DNA of 9,729 nucleotides from a virus (Duplodnaviria; Heunggongvirae; Uroviricota; Caudoviricetes): IMG/VR virus record IMGVR_UViG_2675903368_000011, positions 1 to 9,729 of that record; one strand, 5' to 3'. Shown piece by piece: positions 6,998 to 9,729 of this stretch (position 1 is its first letter; each line of letters starts with the position of its first letter). The notes under the pieces were generated by a model. It saw only the letters and a program-made list of their open reading frames with translations, ran no database searches and was not told where the DNA came from. The position numbers and the translations under genes were made by a program.

Positions 6998-7430
6998 ATG
7001 TTTGGTATTTTTGGTAAAAAAAGCCCGCAGAGCGGCAACGGAAATTAAAAAGTTTGAAAAACGCGATCTGGCACAGGTGGTGATTAACGCCGCATACCTG
7101 GTGGCCTGTGCAGATGGTGAATGTGAGGCTTCCTAGAAAGCGAAGATCGAACAGGTACTGCGTAATCAGCCTGCGCTGTCCGCGTTTACGTCAGAAATTA
7201 ATGCGATTAGCGCAACCATTATCGGTCAGCTGGATACGAACTTTAAAATTGGTCGTCGTGCGGCGTTACGTGAGATCGAGGATGTGAAACACGATACGCG
7301 TGAAGCGGAAGATGTGCTGGATGTGGCGGTGGCCATTGCGGAGGCAGACGGCGAAATTGAGCCGGAAGAGCGCAAGGTGCTGGAAGAGATTGCCGGTGTT
7401 CTGGGTCTTCGTCTGGAGAATCACCTGTGA
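6998..7430 (+). pseudogene. TerB-like (tellurite-resistance TerB domain family) gene inactivated by a +1 frameshift in an A7 tract and an in-frame TAG
   Basis: ATG at 6998 with an AGGA ribosome-binding site encodes MFGIFGKK, then the frame is lost at the A7 run (7016-7022). The +1 frame continues ARRAATEIKKFEKRDLAQVVINAAYLVACADGECEAS, hits TAG at 7134-7136, then runs on to ...DVLDVAVAIAEADGEIEPEERKVLEEIAGVLGLRLENHL with stop at 7428-7430. Two ADGE repeats are characteristic of TerB-like proteins. Confidence 0.65.
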
Positions 7431-7594
7431 CGGTAAAACTGCGCCTGACTGTGGCTGCACTCCTGCTGTTTCTGGTGGTGATGGTGGATTTCACCAGCAG
7501 AATCATGTCGGTGCTGGCGGATGGGGTGCTGGTCTGCGGCATTGTGGTATTGCTGTGGCCGGTGATAAAAAGAAACAGCCTGCATAATGCTTGA
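7427..7594 (+). CDS. Small hydrophobic ORF, copy B (55 aa, two hydrophobic segments)
   Basis: GTG start at 7427 overlaps the TerB-like stop (GTGA) and has a GGAGA ribosome-binding site 7 nt upstream. Encodes VTVKLRLTVAALLLFLVVMVDFTSRIMSVLADGVLVCGIVVLLWPVIKRNSLHNA. Same position and frame as copy A. Confidence 0.35.
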   Translation: MTVKLRLTVAALLLFLVVMVDFTSRIMSVLADGVLVCGIVVLLWPVIKRNSLHNA

Positions 7595-7619
7595 TTTTTT
7601 TGTTTGCTGTTTATTAAAA
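7591..7619 (+). promoter_or_regulatory. Sigma70-like promoter (candidate late pR'-type), copy B
   Basis: TTGATT (7591-7596), 17-nt spacer, TTAAAA (7614-7619). Same layout as copy A. Confidence 0.4.
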
Positions 7620-7795
7620 ACACTTCTGCATGGTGAATCCCCCTGTGCGGAGGGGCAATCAGCGAGTAGGTATATGGGATAATCGCGGATTCAGGTGCTG
7701 GTACTGAATTCACCGGGAGGCACCCGGCACCATGCTTTGCCACAAAAGTGTTATTTCTGTTTTTCTCAAACTATCATCGTTATCCCTTTATTTCC

Positions 7796-7822
7796 GGCTG
7801 CGCATGGCGCGGCCTTTTTTTT
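7796..7822 (+). terminator. Strong intrinsic terminator (candidate tR'-type), copy B
   Basis: Stem GGCTGCGC / GCGCGGCC with one T-G wobble, loop ATG, followed by T8 (7815-7822). Confidence 0.75.
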
Positions 7823-7908
7823 ACGACCAGCCACTGGCAGATGGTCATCCTGTGATTTGATTCCGGTTCCGGCTTTTTAACTCTGTTCCTGTACACGGGA
7901 GAAATTCG

Positions 7909-9729
7909 ATGTCGATTAAACATTATGATGTTGTCAGGGCGGCGTCGCCGTCAGACCTTGCGGAAAAGCTGACACACAAACTGAAAGAGGGCTGGCAGCC
8001 GTTTGGTAGTCCGGTGGCCATAACCCCTTATACCCTGATGCAGGCGATTGCAGCAGAAGGTGATGTGGTGGTCAGTGGTGCAACTGAGCCGGATTGGTAC
8101 TACGTCATCGTACTGGCCGGGCAGTCCAATGCAATGGCTTACGGGGAAGGGCTTCCGCTTCCGGATTCATACGATGCTCCGGATCCGCGCATTAAACAGC
8201 TGGCGCGCCGCAGTACAGTTACGCCGGGTGGGGCTGCCTGCAGATATAACGATATTATTCCGGCCGACCACTGCCTGCATGATGTGCAGGATATGAGTAC
8301 GCTGAATCATCCGAAGGCAGACCTGAGCAAAGGGCAGTACGGCTGTGTCGGCCAGGGCTTACATATTGCCAAAAAACTGCTTCCGTATATCCCGAATAAC
8401 GCGGGGATCCTGCTGGTACCATGCTGTCGTGGTGGTTCTGCATTCACCCAGGGCGCTGAGGGGACATTCAGTGCGGACACGGGGGCCAGCCAGGATTCGG
8501 CACGCTGGGGTGTGGGTAAACCGTTATATCAGGACCTGATTGCGCGCACTAAAGCTGCATTACAGAAGAACCCGAAAAATGTGTTGCTGGCGGTGTGCTG
8601 GATGCAGGGAGAGTTTGACATGAGCGCCGCCACCCACGCACAGCAACCTGCGCTGTTTACAGCCATGCTGACACAGTTTCGTGCTGACCTCTCCGTGTTT
8701 AACGCGCAGTGCCATGGTGGCAGTGCTGCAGATGTGCCGTGGATTTGTGGTGACACGACGTATTACTGGAAAAATACATACGCTACCCAGTACGACACCG
8801 TGTACGGCGGGTATAAAAACAGGGAGAGTGAGGGCGTTTATTTTGTGCCCTTCATGACAGACGGTAACGGCGTCAATACCGCCACTAACGCGCCGGCAGA
8901 AGATCCGGATATTCCGGCATCAGGATATTACGGTGCGGCATCGAGAACGAATGGAAACCAGGTATCATCAAACCGCCCGACACATTTCAGTTCATGGGCG
9001 CGCAGGAGCATTATTCCGGATCGTCTGGCAACCGCTATTCTGAACGCAGCCGGGCGCACCTCAGCCTTCATCAGTGGTAAGGCACCGGAAATCAAACCCT
9101 CGCCCGGCGGCAACACGCCATCGGGTCCGTCTGCAGATACGTCCGTTCGCACAATCTCCCTGCTGCCGGCAGCCGGAGAGGCTGCTGCGCAGGGCTGGAG
9201 CATTAAGGATGGCGGAATTCAGTTGTCAGATGGTGTATTTAAGATCACCAAGCAGAGCAATAAAACCTGGTCCCTGACGCATCCGGTGGATGACGCAATT
9301 ACCCTGCTGACACAGGGCGGCAGACTGACCTGTAAGTTCCGCCTGTCAGGCGCACTGACCAACAATCAGTTCGGGCTGGGGATTTATCTGTATACGGATG
9401 CTCCCGTTCCTGATGGTGTGGCGATGACGGGTACCGGTAATCCGTTCCTGATGTCGTACTTCACTCAGACCACTGACGGCAGAGTGAATCTGATGCATCA
9501 CAGGAAAGCCGGAAACACGAAGCTGGGGGAGTTCGGCGATTACGGTAACGACTGGCAGACGCTGGAGCTGGTGTTCACCGCCGGCAGTGCCACGGTTACT
9601 CCGAAACTGAATGGAGTGGCTGGCCCGGCATTCCAGGTTATAAAAGACAGTCTGACACTGGGACTGAATGCGCTGACGCTGACGGATGTTACAAAAAATG
9701 CAGCGTATGGCGTTGAGATAGAAAGTCTG
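7909..9729 (+). CDS. nanS: Prophage NanS-p-type sialate O-acetylesterase (3' end beyond window; at least 607 codons)
   Basis: ATG at 7909 with a GGAGA ribosome-binding site; by my manual translation the frame is open to the window end. N-terminal domain, GQSNAMAYGEG esterase motif, then a C-terminal extension absent from copy A. Missing from the ORF track only because no stop falls in the window. Confidence 0.9.
   Translation, partial: MSIKHYDVVRAASPSDLAEKLTHKLKEGWQPFGSPVAITPYTLMQAIAAEGDVVVSGATEPDWYYVIVLAGQSNAMAYGEGLPLPDSYDAPDPRIKQLARRSTVTPGGAACRYNDIIPADHCLHDVQDMSTLNHPKADLSKGQYGCVGQGLHIAKKLLPYIPNNAGILLVPCCRGGSAFTQGAEGTFSADTGASQDSARWGVGKPLYQDLIARTKAALQKNPKNVLLAVCWMQGEFDMSAATHAQQPALFTAMLTQFRADLSVFNAQCHGGSAADVPWICGDTTYYWKNTYATQYDTVYGGYKNRESEGVYFVPFMTDGNGVNTATNAPAEDPDIPASGYYGAASRTNGNQVSSNRPTHFSSWARRSIIPDRLATAILNAAGRTSAFISGKAPEIKPSPGGNTPSGPSADTSVRTISLLPAAGEAAAQGWSIKDGGIQLSDGVFKITKQSNKTWSLTHPVDDAITLLTQGGRLTCKFRLSGALTNNQFGLGIYLYTDAPVPDGVAMTGTGNPFLMSYFTQTTDGRVNLMHHRKAGNTKLGEFGDYGNDWQTLELVFTAGSATVTPKLNGVAGPAFQVIKDSLTLGLNALTLTDVTKNAAYGVEIESL

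Larger units (their letters stand above)
7430..8861 (+). repeat. Diverged direct repeat, copy B, of the same module (continues as full-length nanS-p)
   Basis: Aligns with 4166-5578; see copy A. Confidence 0.85.

Noticed and set aside
6703..7017. 104-aa + strand ORF
   Set aside because: It overlaps the tRNA-Arg gene and the downstream terminator, and has no ribosome-binding site.
7243..7743. 166-aa minus-strand ORF (and the 7300-7587 + ORF) across the TerB-like 3' end, small ORF, promoter and leader
   Set aside because: It is antisense to, or out of frame with, better-supported features and spans a promoter and leader. The equivalent ORF in copy A (4211-4417) is not conserved in length.
6866..7908. 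Shiga toxin genes stxA/stxB, expected by analogy with Stx phages downstream of the tRNAs
   Set aside because: No ORFs of the right size or with a signal peptide; the interval is occupied by the TerB-like pseudogene and the second module.
1..9729. CRISPR array or IS element / transposase
   Set aside because: No short regularly spaced direct repeats, no transposase-like ORF and no terminal inverted repeats. The only large repeat is the diverged nanS-p module duplication.

Overview
This window reads as a mosaic segment of a lambdoid (E. coli / EHEC-type) prophage, spanning the end of the nin region through the Q / late-promoter region into the first late gene. From left to right, all on the + strand unless noted: the 3' end of a ninG-like gene, a lambda-type Ser/Thr phosphatase, a lambda-type Q gene cut off after about 20 codons, an AT-rich moron block (an LpxR-like outer-membrane protein on the - strand, a 229-257 aa candidate Q-like protein, and an orphan polytopic membrane protein), then two diverged copies of a module made of small hydrophobic ORF, promoter, leader, intrinsic terminator and nanS-p esterase gene. 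The first nanS-p copy is fused at 5578/5579 to a 5'-truncated DNA methyltransferase; tRNA-Ile2(CAU) and tRNA-Arg(UCU) genes and a TerB-like pseudogene lie between the two copies, and the second nanS-p runs off the window. No stx, CRISPR or IS element was seen. The most novel candidates are the orphan membrane protein and the conserved small hydrophobic ORF; neither can be assigned a function from sequence alone. All family assignments rest on my recall of motifs and protein sequences, not on a database search.
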